Positions 17,502 through 27,865 of a stretch of DNA of 64,000 bases are shown piece after piece. Below the pieces are notes generated by a model, which worked only from the letters and a program-made list of their open reading frames with translations, ran no database searches and was not told where the DNA came from. This stretch comes from an uncultured Ignavibacteriota bacterium (GTDB taxonomy: Bacteria > Bacteroidota > Ignavibacteria > Palsa-1295), in NCBI GenBank assembly GCA_903900335.1, contig CAIUMP010000030.1:8068-72067 (forward strand), written 5' to 3'. Position 1 is the stretch's first letter, and the number at the start of each line of letters is the position of its first letter. A program made the position numbers and the translations under genes.

Positions 17502-19631
17502 TTAATGTATGATCGCGACTGCGACCGTCCCGATTGCCTCTCCTGCCGAGGTAACTCGCACGAACGCAACACCCGACATCGTCGGAAGCAGCAGTGGAAT
17601 ATTCTGAATGCCTTCGCCGAGCGATCCCACATCCTGCGTTCGGATTAGACGAGCTGCGGCATCGTAGAAGCTGAGCTTTACATCTTCAAGCTGCTTTGTT
17701 GCGCCGAGCTTGAGCGTGGCGTTGGTTGATGCGGGATTGGGCGAGACTTCGAGTAGACTGACGAGCGAAGTGGAGTAACGAACCAGGGCGCCACCGGAGA
17801 TGGTGTCTTTCTTCCCAACACCGACACCATGCAACAGAATTTGCGGTTGACTTCCATCCGTTGTTCCAATTGTTAGAAATCCGGTTGATGCCCCCGATTC
17901 AGTAGGTTTGAAAAGGACAACTATGGTGTCCGTTTCTCCTATTCCAAGCGTCAATGGTACCGTTGTAGTACTGACTGAGAACATCGGTGAATTCGTGATG
18001 GAGAGGGTGTTTATCGTTGCCAATATTCCTCCTGTATTTGTAATCGAGAATTGCTTCATCGAACTGGCTCCCGAATCCACATCGCCAAAGTTAAGCGTTG
18101 TTGGGTTAACTTCGATCTTCGAAACTACCAACACTCCCGTACCCAGCAGAACAATAGAATCGAAACTCGAGGCAGCCTCATCCGTCTCAATTACGAGTGT
18201 AGCGGGATAGGCAATTGGTTGCAATGGACTGAATTGAACAATAATTGATGCGCTGCCACCGGCAGGAATTACATAGGGAAGTGGAACTGCGAACTTGTAC
18301 GTACTCGCACTTTGCGCGATGCTATAATTGAGCATATGTAAGGTCGCATCGCCGGCATTGTGAATAGTAATCGTATCAAATCTCGTCGCATTGACTTTTA
18401 CTTGACCGAACGATACAATATACGTCGGAGTAGTGAATCTCCCCGTCGTCGTCGTCTCCGGCACCGTCCGCTTGTAATAAACAGCATGATACCCATCCCT
18501 CTGGTCAAGCCAAATGGTGTGAAGCGTCGAGCCATTCGCGAAAATGAACGGGCTGCCGGGATTGCCAGCACCACTGACCAGGGCGACGGGAGTATCCCAT
18601 GTTGTGCCTCCGTCACTTGAATGACGATAGGTGATGCCCGCGTTGCTACCGAAGAGAAACCACTCCGCATAAACATCGAAACCGTTGCGAGTTACGACGG
18701 GATAATCGCCGCCATTACCGGAAGTGAGTGGCTGCTCGGCGCTCCACGTTGCGCCATGATCCGAGGAGTGTTTGTAGAAAACCTGATACGTGGTCCGAAG
18801 ATCACCCCAGACGAAATCGACATTCGCACCGGAGGCATGGACGAACGGGAAGTACGATTTTGATGGAGGATTATTCCAGAGCGTCTCCGGTCCCCAGGTT
18901 ACGCCGTTGTCCGAAGACACACGCGCGTATGCTTTCATCTGTGCCTGCTTCGGGACAGTGTTGGTGCTGTCGCGATTGTCATTCCAGACAAGATAGACGT
19001 GCCCGTCGCTTGCGGAAATGGATGGATCTTCCGAGCGGCCAAGGGCATTCGAGATGCGCTTCACGGAATCCCAAGTTGTGCCGTTATCGGTAGAGCGTTG
19101 AAACCACACCTCGGTATTGCCGGGTGTGTTTGAGTTCAACGCAACGAAGACCATATTGCCCGCGCACGTGATTGAAGGCCACCAATACCAATTTCCGAAG
19201 AAGACTTTCGGCCCCCAGGTCTTGCCGCCATCGAGCGAACGGATGTAATAATTTACGTTCTGCGCACCAATCGTATCGCGCCACATAATGTGAACGGTGT
19301 TGCCGGATGCCGCGATTGAGGGAAGATCGGCATTGCTGGTTGCACCGGTGAGTTTGGTCTCGCCTGTCCAGGTCAGGCCACCATCGAACGAATGCTTGTA
19401 ATAGACACCATGATCCCCTGCCTTCGTGTTCGTCCACACGACATGAATACTATCGCCACTGACAGCGAGACACTGCCCCATGTTCTCATTGAGTCCGGCG
19501 GAAGTATCTAGGGTGGAAAGCCTTTGCTCCGTTGACCATTGGGCTAACAGGCCAGTTGGAAAGAGAAGTAGTGCAAAGAACAGAAGCCCGGAAATTCGGT
19601 CGAGATCAGTCGAGGAACGTGAGCAATTCAT
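17502..19631 (-). CDS. T9SS-secreted BNR/Asp-box (sialidase-like) propeller protein with two choice-of-anchor D Ig domains
   Basis: Repeated SxDGGxTW boxes; FGQVKV..I.NAGDATL and LNFGDVDSG..ITNTG; CTD VSPNPAS. Confidence 0.85.
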   Translation of the reverse strand: MNCSRSSTDLDRISGLLFFALLLFPTGLLAQWSTEQRLSTLDTSAGLNENMGQCLAVSGDSIHVVWTNTKAGDHGVYYKHSFDGGLTWTGETKLTGATSNADLPSIAASGNTVHIMWRDTIGAQNVNYYIRSLDGGKTWGPKVFFGNWYWWPSITCAGNMVFVALNSNTPGNTEVWFQRSTDNGTTWDSVKRISNALGRSEDPSISASDGHVYLVWNDNRDSTNTVPKQAQMKAYARVSSDNGVTWGPETLWNNPPSKSYFPFVHASGANVDFVWGDLRTTYQVFYKHSSDHGATWSAEQPLTSGNGGDYPVVTRNGFDVYAEWFLFGSNAGITYRHSSDGGTTWDTPVALVSGAGNPGSPFIFANGSTLHTIWLDQRDGYHAVYYKRTVPETTTTGRFTTPTYIVSFGQVKVNATRFDTITIHNAGDATLHMLNYSIAQSASTYKFAVPLPYVIPAGGSASIIVQFSPLQPIAYPATLVIETDEAASSFDSIVLLGTGVLVVSKIEVNPTTLNFGDVDSGASSMKQFSITNTGGILATINTLSITNSPMFSVSTTTVPLTLGIGETDTIVVLFKPTESGASTGFLTIGTTDGSQPQILLHGVGVGKKDTISGGALVRYSTSLVSLLEVSPNPASTNATLKLGATKQLEDVKLSFYDAAARLIRTQDVGSLGEGIQNIPLLLPTMSGVAFVRVTSAGEAIGTVAVAIIH

Positions 19632-19793
19632 ATTGGGAACTCCTGCGAGTAAAAAATTGACAAGAATCTGCACAAAAGCCAAGATCTATTATTAATCGGG
19701 CAAATTACACACCGCGCATTGGTACTTTAACCAGAACAACTCGTCTCGTGGAAAGTCACACCAGTCCCCTATACAACAACGTTGATGTCGCAG

Positions 19794-20441
19794 CTAAAGA
19801 GGGAACATGGCGCCGAGACCAAAGCGGATATTCGAGAGGGTGATCTTCCCAATTGCCTCGGTACTGATGTTGCTCAACCCGAAGGCGTAGCCAATATCGC
19901 TGACCAGGAATGCGTCTTCAGAAAGGCGATATTGGATACCGCCACCCAGGTAAAAAGAAATGTCGGTCGATTTGATCGTTGAGTCTAAATTCGTGACCCC
20001 ATATCGCTCCGTCTTCACAGCAAGTTTGTAGCCGATCGAAGGCCCGGCCTCCATATAGAATTTCGCTAGCGTTGATCCTATCCCGACCTTTGCAAGAATT
20101 GGGATCTCGAGATAGGTATAGACGTCGCTCGCAGTAAAAGGAGAAACGACCTTGTATCCCTTCTGGTCGTAGAGGGCCTGGACGCTGATGGCCCACATGT
20201 CGTCGAACCACACATCCGCTTGAATACCGCCAGCAAATCCAACATGCGATGCAAAACCCGCACCCGCAAGCTCCGGATCGTGCACAGAACTAGACCAATC
20301 AGTGCCGATCCGCCCCCCGACGGAAATCTCTTGGGCAGACGCGCAGCTCACGCCAGCAAAAAAGATCACAAGTGCGATCGTTACGACCGTTCGTGTTCTC
20401 GCACTGCCATCATTCCACTCTTTGATTGATCCTCGAAGCAT
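19794..20441 (-). CDS. Outer-membrane beta-barrel (PorT/OMP_b-brl_2-like)
   Basis: LYDQKG, YLEIPILAK, AGPSIG, YAFGLSNI. Confidence 0.8.
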   Translation of the reverse strand: MLRGSIKEWNDGSARTRTVVTIALVIFFAGVSCASAQEISVGGRIGTDWSSSVHDPELAGAGFASHVGFAGGIQADVWFDDMWAISVQALYDQKGYKVVSPFTASDVYTYLEIPILAKVGIGSTLAKFYMEAGPSIGYKLAVKTERYGVTNLDSTIKSTDISFYLGGGIQYRLSEDAFLVSDIGYAFGLSNISTEAIGKITLSNIRFGLGAMFPL

Positions 20442-20459
20442 GTCAGTAGGACTTCGAAA

Positions 20460-21206
20460 TTAAATCGGCCACATGGCACCGAGCCCGATGCGTATATCAC
20501 CCGATTTGGAAGTAGTATGGTCGATCGGGTTAGGAAAACTACCACCAACGGTTACGGTGCGTGGTGGATTCGATTTATAGATATTGCTGATTCCAGCGGA
20601 GTAACCCGCATCGAAGAAGATCGTGGGCCCGTTATAAATATGGTCAATAAAGCCAGCCCCAAAATCAATCGAAATATCGAGGCTTTGCAGGAAAGGCTTT
20701 ACATCTCCGATAGCCGAGATCAGTCCCGTCGTTTTGTCCGATCCAGAAAGAAGCAGACCGAACGAGGGCCCGACAAAGACATACGGCATCACGTCACCGT
20801 ACCCAAGAGCGTACTTTAGATGAATTGGGATCTCCAAGTAATTCAACGTAAAATCATCCGTTCCCGAACAAATGGTATCGATGTTCCTTGTTGTGTCAGT
20901 AAATCTGTGATTGATAGATCCCTCGGAATACGTCTCCGACGCACCCTTCTGATTGTAGAGGACACTCAATCCAATTCCCCAGTTATCACTGAACCAGTGC
21001 TCTACTTGGGCACCACCGAGAATACCGAATTTGAGTCCGGAGGTAGTACCATCCGTGGTGGTACCCGATGACTGCCCGCCCAAAGTAGTACCAACTCTAA
21101 TGCCGACGAGCGTGCTGGGGTTCTGAAACTGTTGTCCGCGGGTTGTCTGGATCACTGACGCGGAAACCGAAAAGAATGCAAGGAAAGCGATGAAGTATTT
21201 TTTCAT
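20460..21206 (-). CDS. Outer-membrane beta-barrel (PorT/OMP_b-brl_2-like), tandem paralog
   Basis: Signal peptide, LYNQKG, NYLEIPIHLKY, PYVFVGPSFG. Confidence 0.82.
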   Translation of the reverse strand: MKKYFIAFLAFFSVSASVIQTTRGQQFQNPSTLVGIRVGTTLGGQSSGTTTDGTTSGLKFGILGGAQVEHWFSDNWGIGLSVLYNQKGASETYSEGSINHRFTDTTRNIDTICSGTDDFTLNYLEIPIHLKYALGYGDVMPYVFVGPSFGLLLSGSDKTTGLISAIGDVKPFLQSLDISIDFGAGFIDHIYNGPTIFFDAGYSAGISNIYKSNPPRTVTVGGSFPNPIDHTTSKSGDIRIGLGAMWPI

Positions 21207-21300
21207 AAGTTCTGCAATATAATATATTGATAATGGTCAGGACTGAATGCGGACTTGCAAAACTGTCCAAGGACGCCAAAATTAGCGTGCGAGGCAAACG

Positions 21301-23418
21301 CTAAAACGCCCATTGAACGCTTATATGACTTTCCATTTGTGCACTGCGGCTGTAGGAGGAAAGATCATAGGACTGGCTCCTGATCCATGCATACCAAATC
21401 GAACCGGTAAGCTCCGGACCTTTGCCTTCGCTCCGCAGCAGTGAGAGAAGGAACATCGGACCAATGCGGGTTTGGCGCTGAAGCTCCGTGAAAAGTGCTG
21501 CGCTGGAGGGTCCGCCGACGGACCTTCCTGATTGGCTCAACAAGAATCCGCGAGCCCCCAGTCTCACATTCCACGGGGCCCGCCCCGATTTGGAAGCGAT
21601 CCCCAACAGCACTGCTGCGCCAAGTTCTGTTACCTGTGCATCTCGACGTTCACTAAAGGCAGTTTCATTGTAGCTCCCGCGTTCGCTCACGCGAAGCGTC
21701 AATCCTTCCTCCAAGGTCAACGATTCCTCGTTCTGGAGCGGCCGGAGACCTAATGGAAATGCTATCGAATCCGAGACGGTGATCCCTCGAAGAAGGTAGT
21801 TGCCGACCGCCTGAAGACTCGGTAGTGAATTCAAGTAGTCGAGTACCGTGTAATTGACGAATATCTCAGCATGCACATGCGTCAGCAGAGTGGGTGCCGC
21901 ATAGAAGGCATCCGTCCCAAAGGAGAGAGATTGGGTGATGTTGTTTTGGGAGCTCCGGTCACTTCGCAGGTAGACCAGATGAGTCCGTGACGCGGTTATA
22001 TCCACATTCGCGGCCAGTTCGTCACTGAGTACCTTGTTGTATCGAAGATCGGCACTGGTGACCAGTTCGTCGTGATCATCAGCATTAAGATCACTCGGAG
22101 TGTCATAATTCAACAGTCGGATGTTGGATTCCAAATGCACCATGTCGCGCAATGACGGAGCTAGGTGAATCGACACCCCGGCGGCGGTCGAACGGGCTGA
22201 GTAGCTCGCCTGATCCAAAGTTTGCGTGAGTTTCGAAACAAAGGCAGGGTCAGTGCCGGCAATTTCGCTGGCGAGTAGCCGAACGTTCTCGGAGCGCTCT
22301 TCATAGCGAATTTGCGCTTCCGCCCCATAGCGTCTTGCCGGGTCCAGCTCGTAGTCGAGACGACCGGACGCCGCTAAGCGGAGGGAGGCCACCTCATTGG
22401 GTGCAAGCAAGCTCGAAAGTGTCGATACAGTCGGCGTCGAGAAGAGATTCGATTCGGACGCATCACTTCTTCGTACGATGGACTTGGGTTCAAATTCAAG
22501 GCTCGCGTTTCCAGCAAGGTGCTCTTCGGCGACTGGAAAACTCAGAGAGTCCGAGAGCAGCAGCGAGTACTCCGTCCTCTCCTGCTTGATCGCTTGTTGG
22601 CCAGCACCCGAGTTCGAGTCGGAAGCAAAAAAGTAGTCTCGGCGAAGCAGACCTGCATTTAGTTGCGCCACATTGACACCCGCTGAGGAAACCCCCGATG
22701 CAATAGGACTTGAAGGGCGCCTATCATCGGTCCCAAGCAGTGAACTTACCGCTCTTATGACAAGTCGATCATTGGAGTACCGTTGGCTCCGTGCATTGTA
22801 GAAACGCTCATCAGCAAGCAACGATGAGGAGAGCGAGGTGTTCTCGCTTAGAGTTTCCATGGGAGCGGAGATTTCCCCCCGCACCATTCCACCATATGTG
22901 CTAAGCTCGGGCTGCGACTGACGTGCAATACCTCCACCGGCCGAGAGCGCAATATCGGTCTGGGGTACGTGCGACCGCAAGCCAACAATACCAAAGCCGT
23001 CCGTTTGATGTGTAATGAATGAAGATGTGCTAAGACCCGGCAACGCGGACGTTAGGTAGGAACTTGCAAAGAACATGACGAAGGGATCAAAGGGCAGTTC
23101 CGAGCCGAGATTCAATTCCCAGTTTATGAAACCGGTAGCTTCTGAGGATGTGATTGAGTTGTCCTGGAGGAATCGGGACTTCCCGGTGAGCCCGACTGAG
23201 TCGAACGCAGCATCTTTGGGACGAAGATCGTTTGATGCCAGCCGAAAGGGCCAAGGATCCGAGTACAGGAAATTCGCACGCCACTCATAGATCGAAAGTA
23301 CATGATCGAACGACATGGTAGCCACCGGTCTGACATCCTGCGATACCTGTGACTGGGCCTCCCGCGCCTGGGCGAGGACCAGGAGGGCAAGAATCACTGA
23401 GGCCAGGGCATACTTCAC
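21301..23418 (-). CDS. Large exported protein, probable outer-membrane beta-barrel
   Basis: Signal peptide, amphipathic strands, terminal ISVQWAF. Confidence 0.65.
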   Translation of the reverse strand: MKYALASVILALLVLAQAREAQSQVSQDVRPVATMSFDHVLSIYEWRANFLYSDPWPFRLASNDLRPKDAAFDSVGLTGKSRFLQDNSITSSEATGFINWELNLGSELPFDPFVMFFASSYLTSALPGLSTSSFITHQTDGFGIVGLRSHVPQTDIALSAGGGIARQSQPELSTYGGMVRGEISAPMETLSENTSLSSSLLADERFYNARSQRYSNDRLVIRAVSSLLGTDDRRPSSPIASGVSSAGVNVAQLNAGLLRRDYFFASDSNSGAGQQAIKQERTEYSLLLSDSLSFPVAEEHLAGNASLEFEPKSIVRRSDASESNLFSTPTVSTLSSLLAPNEVASLRLAASGRLDYELDPARRYGAEAQIRYEERSENVRLLASEIAGTDPAFVSKLTQTLDQASYSARSTAAGVSIHLAPSLRDMVHLESNIRLLNYDTPSDLNADDHDELVTSADLRYNKVLSDELAANVDITASRTHLVYLRSDRSSQNNITQSLSFGTDAFYAAPTLLTHVHAEIFVNYTVLDYLNSLPSLQAVGNYLLRGITVSDSIAFPLGLRPLQNEESLTLEEGLTLRVSERGSYNETAFSERRDAQVTELGAAVLLGIASKSGRAPWNVRLGARGFLLSQSGRSVGGPSSAALFTELQRQTRIGPMFLLSLLRSEGKGPELTGSIWYAWIRSQSYDLSSYSRSAQMESHISVQWAF

Positions 23419-23423
23419 GGCAG

Positions 23424-23470
23424 CAAAAATAGGGATTCGGAAGCCACGGCGAACAATTTGCGTATATTTG
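23424..23470. promoter_or_regulatory. Back-to-back divergent -7 promoter elements
   Basis: TATTTTTG on minus (23424-23431, 5 nt from the GTG start) and TATATTTG on plus (23463-23470). Confidence 0.55.
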
Positions 23471-23565
23471 AGCTAGATAGTTTGTTCGAATAATGCCCGG
23501 ATGATTGCTCTCGACCAAAGGTTGAAGAGGCACACCGCTCCACGAATTTGCCAGAATCAAACGAG

Positions 23566-24159
23566 ATGGTTGACAAAGCTCCCATGTCCTCTACGCTTCC
23601 AATGCAGCAGCATACGGACGAGATGATCTATTGCCATCCTAACGACCTTACATGTGAGCACCTTCATTTAGGTCCGGAAGAGCAGATTGAATATTTCAAG
23701 CGACGATACTCGGCCCTGCTTATTCATCTTGATCGGCTCCGACCTGTACTTGCCAGCGCTGACGCGTTGTATCACCCGGAAGGAGCTGAGCTGTCCGTGA
23801 AGGAAATTCTTGGCCATCTCATTGATACCGACAGAGAAATCTGGTGGCCGCGTATAAGAAGTATTCTCGACACCAATATCCCAATCCTACCAGATATTAA
23901 TATTGATGACCACGCAATAAGAGCACGATGGCGAAGCATTCCTCTCGAGGACGTCTTTTACCAGTTGATGCGCATACGCTGGGATTTCGCAATGAACTTA
24001 GCGCAATTGCCACGTTCTGCTCTCGAACGACAGGGCAACCTTTCAGGGGTAGGCCCTTTAAGTATTTTACAGATCCTGCAAATGCTAGTTGCACATGACG
24101 CACATTATTTGGAGAAATTGAATGACATCGCTAACCTGACAGGTAGGATACCTGCATAG
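23566..24159 (+). CDS. DinB/YfiT-like metal-binding protein
   Basis: SVKEILGHLIDTD and HDAHYL motifs; start uncertain. Confidence 0.75.
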   Translation: MVDKAPMSSTLPMQQHTDEMIYCHPNDLTCEHLHLGPEEQIEYFKRRYSALLIHLDRLRPVLASADALYHPEGAELSVKEILGHLIDTDREIWWPRIRSILDTNIPILPDINIDDHAIRARWRSIPLEDVFYQLMRIRWDFAMNLAQLPRSALERQGNLSGVGPLSILQILQMLVAHDAHYLEKLNDIANLTGRIPA

Positions 24160-24208
24160 CCCGTCGCATTTAATCTTCAGGGGATGGGCCACTATTCAAT
24201 ACCTTTGC

Positions 24209-24910
24209 TCATCCCAAGTAGCGCACAGCAAGCTGTCTCTGCACAACCTCGTCGCCCTTCTTCTCAACATAGAATGCCCTGGATGTAGGCTTAGAGGAAA
24301 TAGCCTCCGCAAACTGCCCGTTAACAAAATGCAACGCCGCGCCGTCATCGGCGGCATAACCGGCGGCAAGACCCTCCGCGATGAACTTCTGGTATTGCGG
24401 CTCTCGTAGCGCCTCGGAGTCATAATGCGGGCAATTGCTGCCCTTGATAAATCCAAGTCCGTCGTTGATCGGAGCGAGATCGAGTCCGAAGGAATCCGTA
24501 ACGCCGCACTCGAACCAGCAGAGCGAGCCAGCGCTAGTGCCGCACATCACAATTCCCGCTTCGTAGGCCTCCCGCAATATCTCATCCACACCATGCACGC
24601 GCCAGATGGCGAGCATGTTCGCCGTGTTGCCTCCGCCGACGTAGATCACGTGTTGCGCAAGCAGATAGCTCCGCAGATCCTTGATCTCGCGATTGAAAAG
24701 CTTGAGTTGTGTGGCCTCGCACAGATCGGGTGAATAACGCTGAACGAAAACGTCCATGTAGGCAGGCGTATCGCCACCAGCTGTCGGGATGAAGCAGACG
24801 TTCGGCCTCTCAACTCCGGTGAGTCCGAGCACAAAGTTGGCGCTTAACTTATTTTGCGGGTTCAGGTAGAATCCGTCACCGCCAAAGGCTATTACGTGTT
24901 TGTCTTTCAA
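24209..24910 (-). CDS. Peptidase E (S51 family)
   Basis: FIPTA, IYVGGGNT, GTSAG nucleophile, CPHYD. TTG start chosen because a TATATTTG promoter element lies at 24960-24967. Confidence 0.9.
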   Translation of the reverse strand: MKDKHVIAFGGDGFYLNPQNKLSANFVLGLTGVERPNVCFIPTAGGDTPAYMDVFVQRYSPDLCEATQLKLFNREIKDLRSYLLAQHVIYVGGGNTANMLAIWRVHGVDEILREAYEAGIVMCGTSAGSLCWFECGVTDSFGLDLAPINDGLGFIKGSNCPHYDSEALREPQYQKFIAEGLAAGYAADDGAALHFVNGQFAEAISSKPTSRAFYVEKKGDEVVQRQLAVRYLG

Positions 24911-25084
24911 GAGTCTACTAATTGTATGGGTGGAGGTGCAGTAGCGTAATTCGGGGGTGCAAATATACAAGGCTTTAGTGGTGTTGTTCTGTTCCATAAG
25001 AATTCTCTAAATTCATTGCTTGTTCTCGCCACTTCGAAACTTCCCGCTCACCGCGCCGTGAGACAAAGACCCTAAACATCATAC

Positions 25085-26668
25085 ATGGCAAAAGGCAACA
25101 TTCTCTGGGTCGATGACGAAATCGACCTGCTCCGACCCCACATTCTGCTCCTCGAACAGCGCGGCTATGCCGTCCGCACCGCCATGAGCGGGGAGGATGC
25201 TGTCGCGGTTTTTTCCGAAGTGCCGGTGGATCTCGTCTTCTTAGATGAGAACATGCCGGGGATGGGAGGACTCCAAACCCTCGAAGCGCTGAAGGCTCTG
25301 CGACCCGAGACGCCAATCGTGATGGTGACCAAATCCGAAGAAGAGGATTTGATGGAGCAGGCCATCGGCAAGAAGATTTCCGACTACCTGACGAAGCCGG
25401 TCAACCCCACACAGGTCTTGCTCGCGGTGAAGAAATTTCTCGAAGGGCGGCAGATCATGAGTGAAGCCGTCTCGCGTGATTACACGCAGGAGTTTGCACG
25501 CTCGGCTCAAGATCTGATGAATGCGCGCACCGCGGATGATTGGATACAGCTTTATGCCAAGATCGTCCAATGGGAAATGGAGCTTGACGAGCACGGCGGC
25601 CTCGGACTTCGCCAAACCCTGCTCGATCAAAAGCGCGAGATGAACTCCGAGTTTGCAAAATTCGTCGAACGCAACTACCGCGATTGGGTGAATACGATCT
25701 ACGTAGAATCCAACGCGAAGAACCGCCCACCGCTATCGCCGGATATTGTAGAGCAATGGGTTCTGCCGCATGTGCAGTCCGACACGAAGCCGCATGTCAT
25801 CTTCTTCGTCATCGACTGCATGAGGCTTGACCAGTGGCTAATCATGGAGGCGGAGCTACGCAATCTCTTCAAGATCAACCGCGAGTATCATTTCGGCATT
25901 CTTCCCACGGCAACGCCGTATGCGCGCAATGCTATCTTCTCCGGCCTCTTCCCATCCGAGTTCGGGAAGCTTTATCCTAACATGTGGGGCACAGGCGATG
26001 ACGACGAGAACTCGCTCAACAAGGATGAAGCTTCGATGCTAACGAAGCTACTCGAACGCAAGCGAATCAAGCTTCGAAACGATCTCAAATACATCAAGAT
26101 CATCGACCGCGATTACGGCACCGGCATTGCACAGAATATCACAACGACCGCGAAGAATCATCTCACAGCCATCGTTGTGAATTTCGTGGACATGCTCGCG
26201 CATACACGAAGCGACTCGCCGGTGCTGAAAGAGATTGCGCCAGATGAAAGCGCGTATCGCTCACTCACACGCTCGTGGTTCTTGCATTCGAGTTTATACG
26301 AGATGTTCAAGTCACTCGCGAATGTGCCAAATTTAAAAATCGTCGTTTCTACCGATCACGGTTCCATCCGTGCACTTCGTGGTGCAAAGGTCATCGGTGA
26401 CCGCGATACCTCCACCAGTCTGCGCTACAAATACGGACGCAACGTGAAGGCAGAAGAAAAGCAGGCGATGATCATCAAGCACCCCGAAGAGTGTAAGCTG
26501 CCCGTTCGTGGAACAGCCGCAAACTACATCATTGCAAAGGAAGACTACTACTTCGTCTATCCGACCGACTACCACAAATTTCTCAACTACTACCGCGACA
26601 CATTCCAGCATGGCGGCATCTCCATGGAGGAAGTGATTTTGCCGGTGATCACGATGGAGGCGAAGTAG
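25085..26668 (+). CDS. porX: T9SS response regulator PorX (receiver + PglZ/alkaline phosphatase domain)
   Basis: ILWVDDEIDLL, DENMPG, IDCMRLDQW, LPTATPYARNAIFSG, TDHGSI, FQHGGISMEE. Confidence 0.93.
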   Translation: MAKGNILWVDDEIDLLRPHILLLEQRGYAVRTAMSGEDAVAVFSEVPVDLVFLDENMPGMGGLQTLEALKALRPETPIVMVTKSEEEDLMEQAIGKKISDYLTKPVNPTQVLLAVKKFLEGRQIMSEAVSRDYTQEFARSAQDLMNARTADDWIQLYAKIVQWEMELDEHGGLGLRQTLLDQKREMNSEFAKFVERNYRDWVNTIYVESNAKNRPPLSPDIVEQWVLPHVQSDTKPHVIFFVIDCMRLDQWLIMEAELRNLFKINREYHFGILPTATPYARNAIFSGLFPSEFGKLYPNMWGTGDDDENSLNKDEASMLTKLLERKRIKLRNDLKYIKIIDRDYGTGIAQNITTTAKNHLTAIVVNFVDMLAHTRSDSPVLKEIAPDESAYRSLTRSWFLHSSLYEMFKSLANVPNLKIVVSTDHGSIRALRGAKVIGDRDTSTSLRYKYGRNVKAEEKQAMIIKHPEECKLPVRGTAANYIIAKEDYYFVYPTDYHKFLNYYRDTFQHGGISMEEVILPVITMEAK

Positions 26669-26708
26669 AGCGCGGAATTCAATCGCGGAAAAAGTGCTTA
26701 TTTAGTTC

Positions 26709-27026
26709 ATGACATCAGTCCAAATCCGAGACTTCACCAACGAAATTGCGCGCCGCTTCCTGCCGGAGCGCATCATCATGTTTGGCTCACAAGCAAACGG
26801 AACGTCGGATCGAGACTCGGATGTCGATCTTTTAGTCGTGATGGATTACGACGGCCCCGCACCACACAAAGCCGCCGAGATTCTCTCTTCCATCAATCCA
26901 GATTTCTCTGTTGACTTGCTCGTCCGCAAACGATCAGAATTGGAGGAGCGTCTTCGGTTGAATGACTTCTTCTTCCGCGATCTCGTCTCGAAAGGCCAAA
27001 TCATGTATGAAGCAAGTCACGCTTGA
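26709..27026 (+). CDS. Minimal nucleotidyltransferase (MNT) antitoxin-like protein
   Basis: FGSQANGTSDRDSDVDLLVV (GSx10DxD). Confidence 0.88.
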   Translation: MTSVQIRDFTNEIARRFLPERIIMFGSQANGTSDRDSDVDLLVVMDYDGPAPHKAAEILSSINPDFSVDLLVRKRSELEERLRLNDFFFRDLVSKGQIMYEASHA

Positions 27027-27408
27027 TTGGGTTGATAAGGCGGAGGATGACTTTGCGACAATGTCTCGTGAGTTCGTTGCACGAGGTCGAATGAATTATG
27101 CCGGAGTCTGTTTCCATGCCCAACAATGTGTCGAAAAGCTCTTGAAGGCTTATCTCTTCGAGCACGATATTGAATTCACGTACACTCACGATATTCGGCG
27201 ACTGCTAAATCTCGCGATTGCCCTTCAACCCATGTGGTCAGATTTCCTTGATGAATCTTCAAGGTTGACTTCCTATGCTGTTGAGGCACGCTCTCCCGGG
27301 AGTATAGCGACGAAGGAACTGGCTGCCAATGCGATTCGTATTTGTCGTGAGATGCGGAAGAAGATTCTCATTGCTCTCGACCTTCCCGACGAATTGGCTT
27401 ACGACTAA
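27007..27408 (+). CDS. HEPN domain protein (MNT-HEPN pair)
   Basis: WVDKAEDD, CFHAQQCVEKLLKAYL, THDI, YAVEARSPG; overlaps the MNT gene. Confidence 0.88.
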   Translation: MKQVTLDWVDKAEDDFATMSREFVARGRMNYAGVCFHAQQCVEKLLKAYLFEHDIEFTYTHDIRRLLNLAIALQPMWSDFLDESSRLTSYAVEARSPGSIATKELAANAIRICREMRKKILIALDLPDELAYD

Positions 27409-27411
27409 CCC

Positions 27412-27855
27412 ATGATCTCCCTCTCCCCCAGAGAAACCAGCCTTGCCGGACTTGCCTTCGGGCACCGCGTGATGAAGCCCGGACTCGTCATCGTCGTCCG
27501 CGGCGAGCTTGGCGCGGGAAAGACGCACTTTATCAAGGGCATCGCCGCCTCCGTAGAAATTGACGACCGGTGGATCACCTCGCCCACCTACGCGCTGGCT
27601 AACGAATACGAGTGTATGTTGAATGGCGAACCCTTCACGCTCTACCATCTCGATTGCTACCGCTTCGAAAAGCCGGAGGAGTTGCTTGAGCTTGGCGTCG
27701 AGGATTATCTTTATCCCGCAAACGCCGTGACCATCATCGAGTGGCCCGAACGCATTGAGGAGTTAATTCCTCCAACCGCGCTCGATGTAGAAATTCTTAT
27801 CATCGGTGAGAACGACCGGGAGATTATTCTTCCCGGCAAAGGACGCAAGCTCTAA
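27412..27855 (+). CDS. tsaE: tRNA t6A biosynthesis ATPase TsaE
   Basis: GELGAGKT, SPTY, YHLDCYR, IEWPE. Confidence 0.95.
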   Translation: MISLSPRETSLAGLAFGHRVMKPGLVIVVRGELGAGKTHFIKGIAASVEIDDRWITSPTYALANEYECMLNGEPFTLYHLDCYRFEKPEELLELGVEDYLYPANAVTIIEWPERIEELIPPTALDVEILIIGENDREIILPGKGRKL

Positions 27856-27865
27856 TCAATTCACG

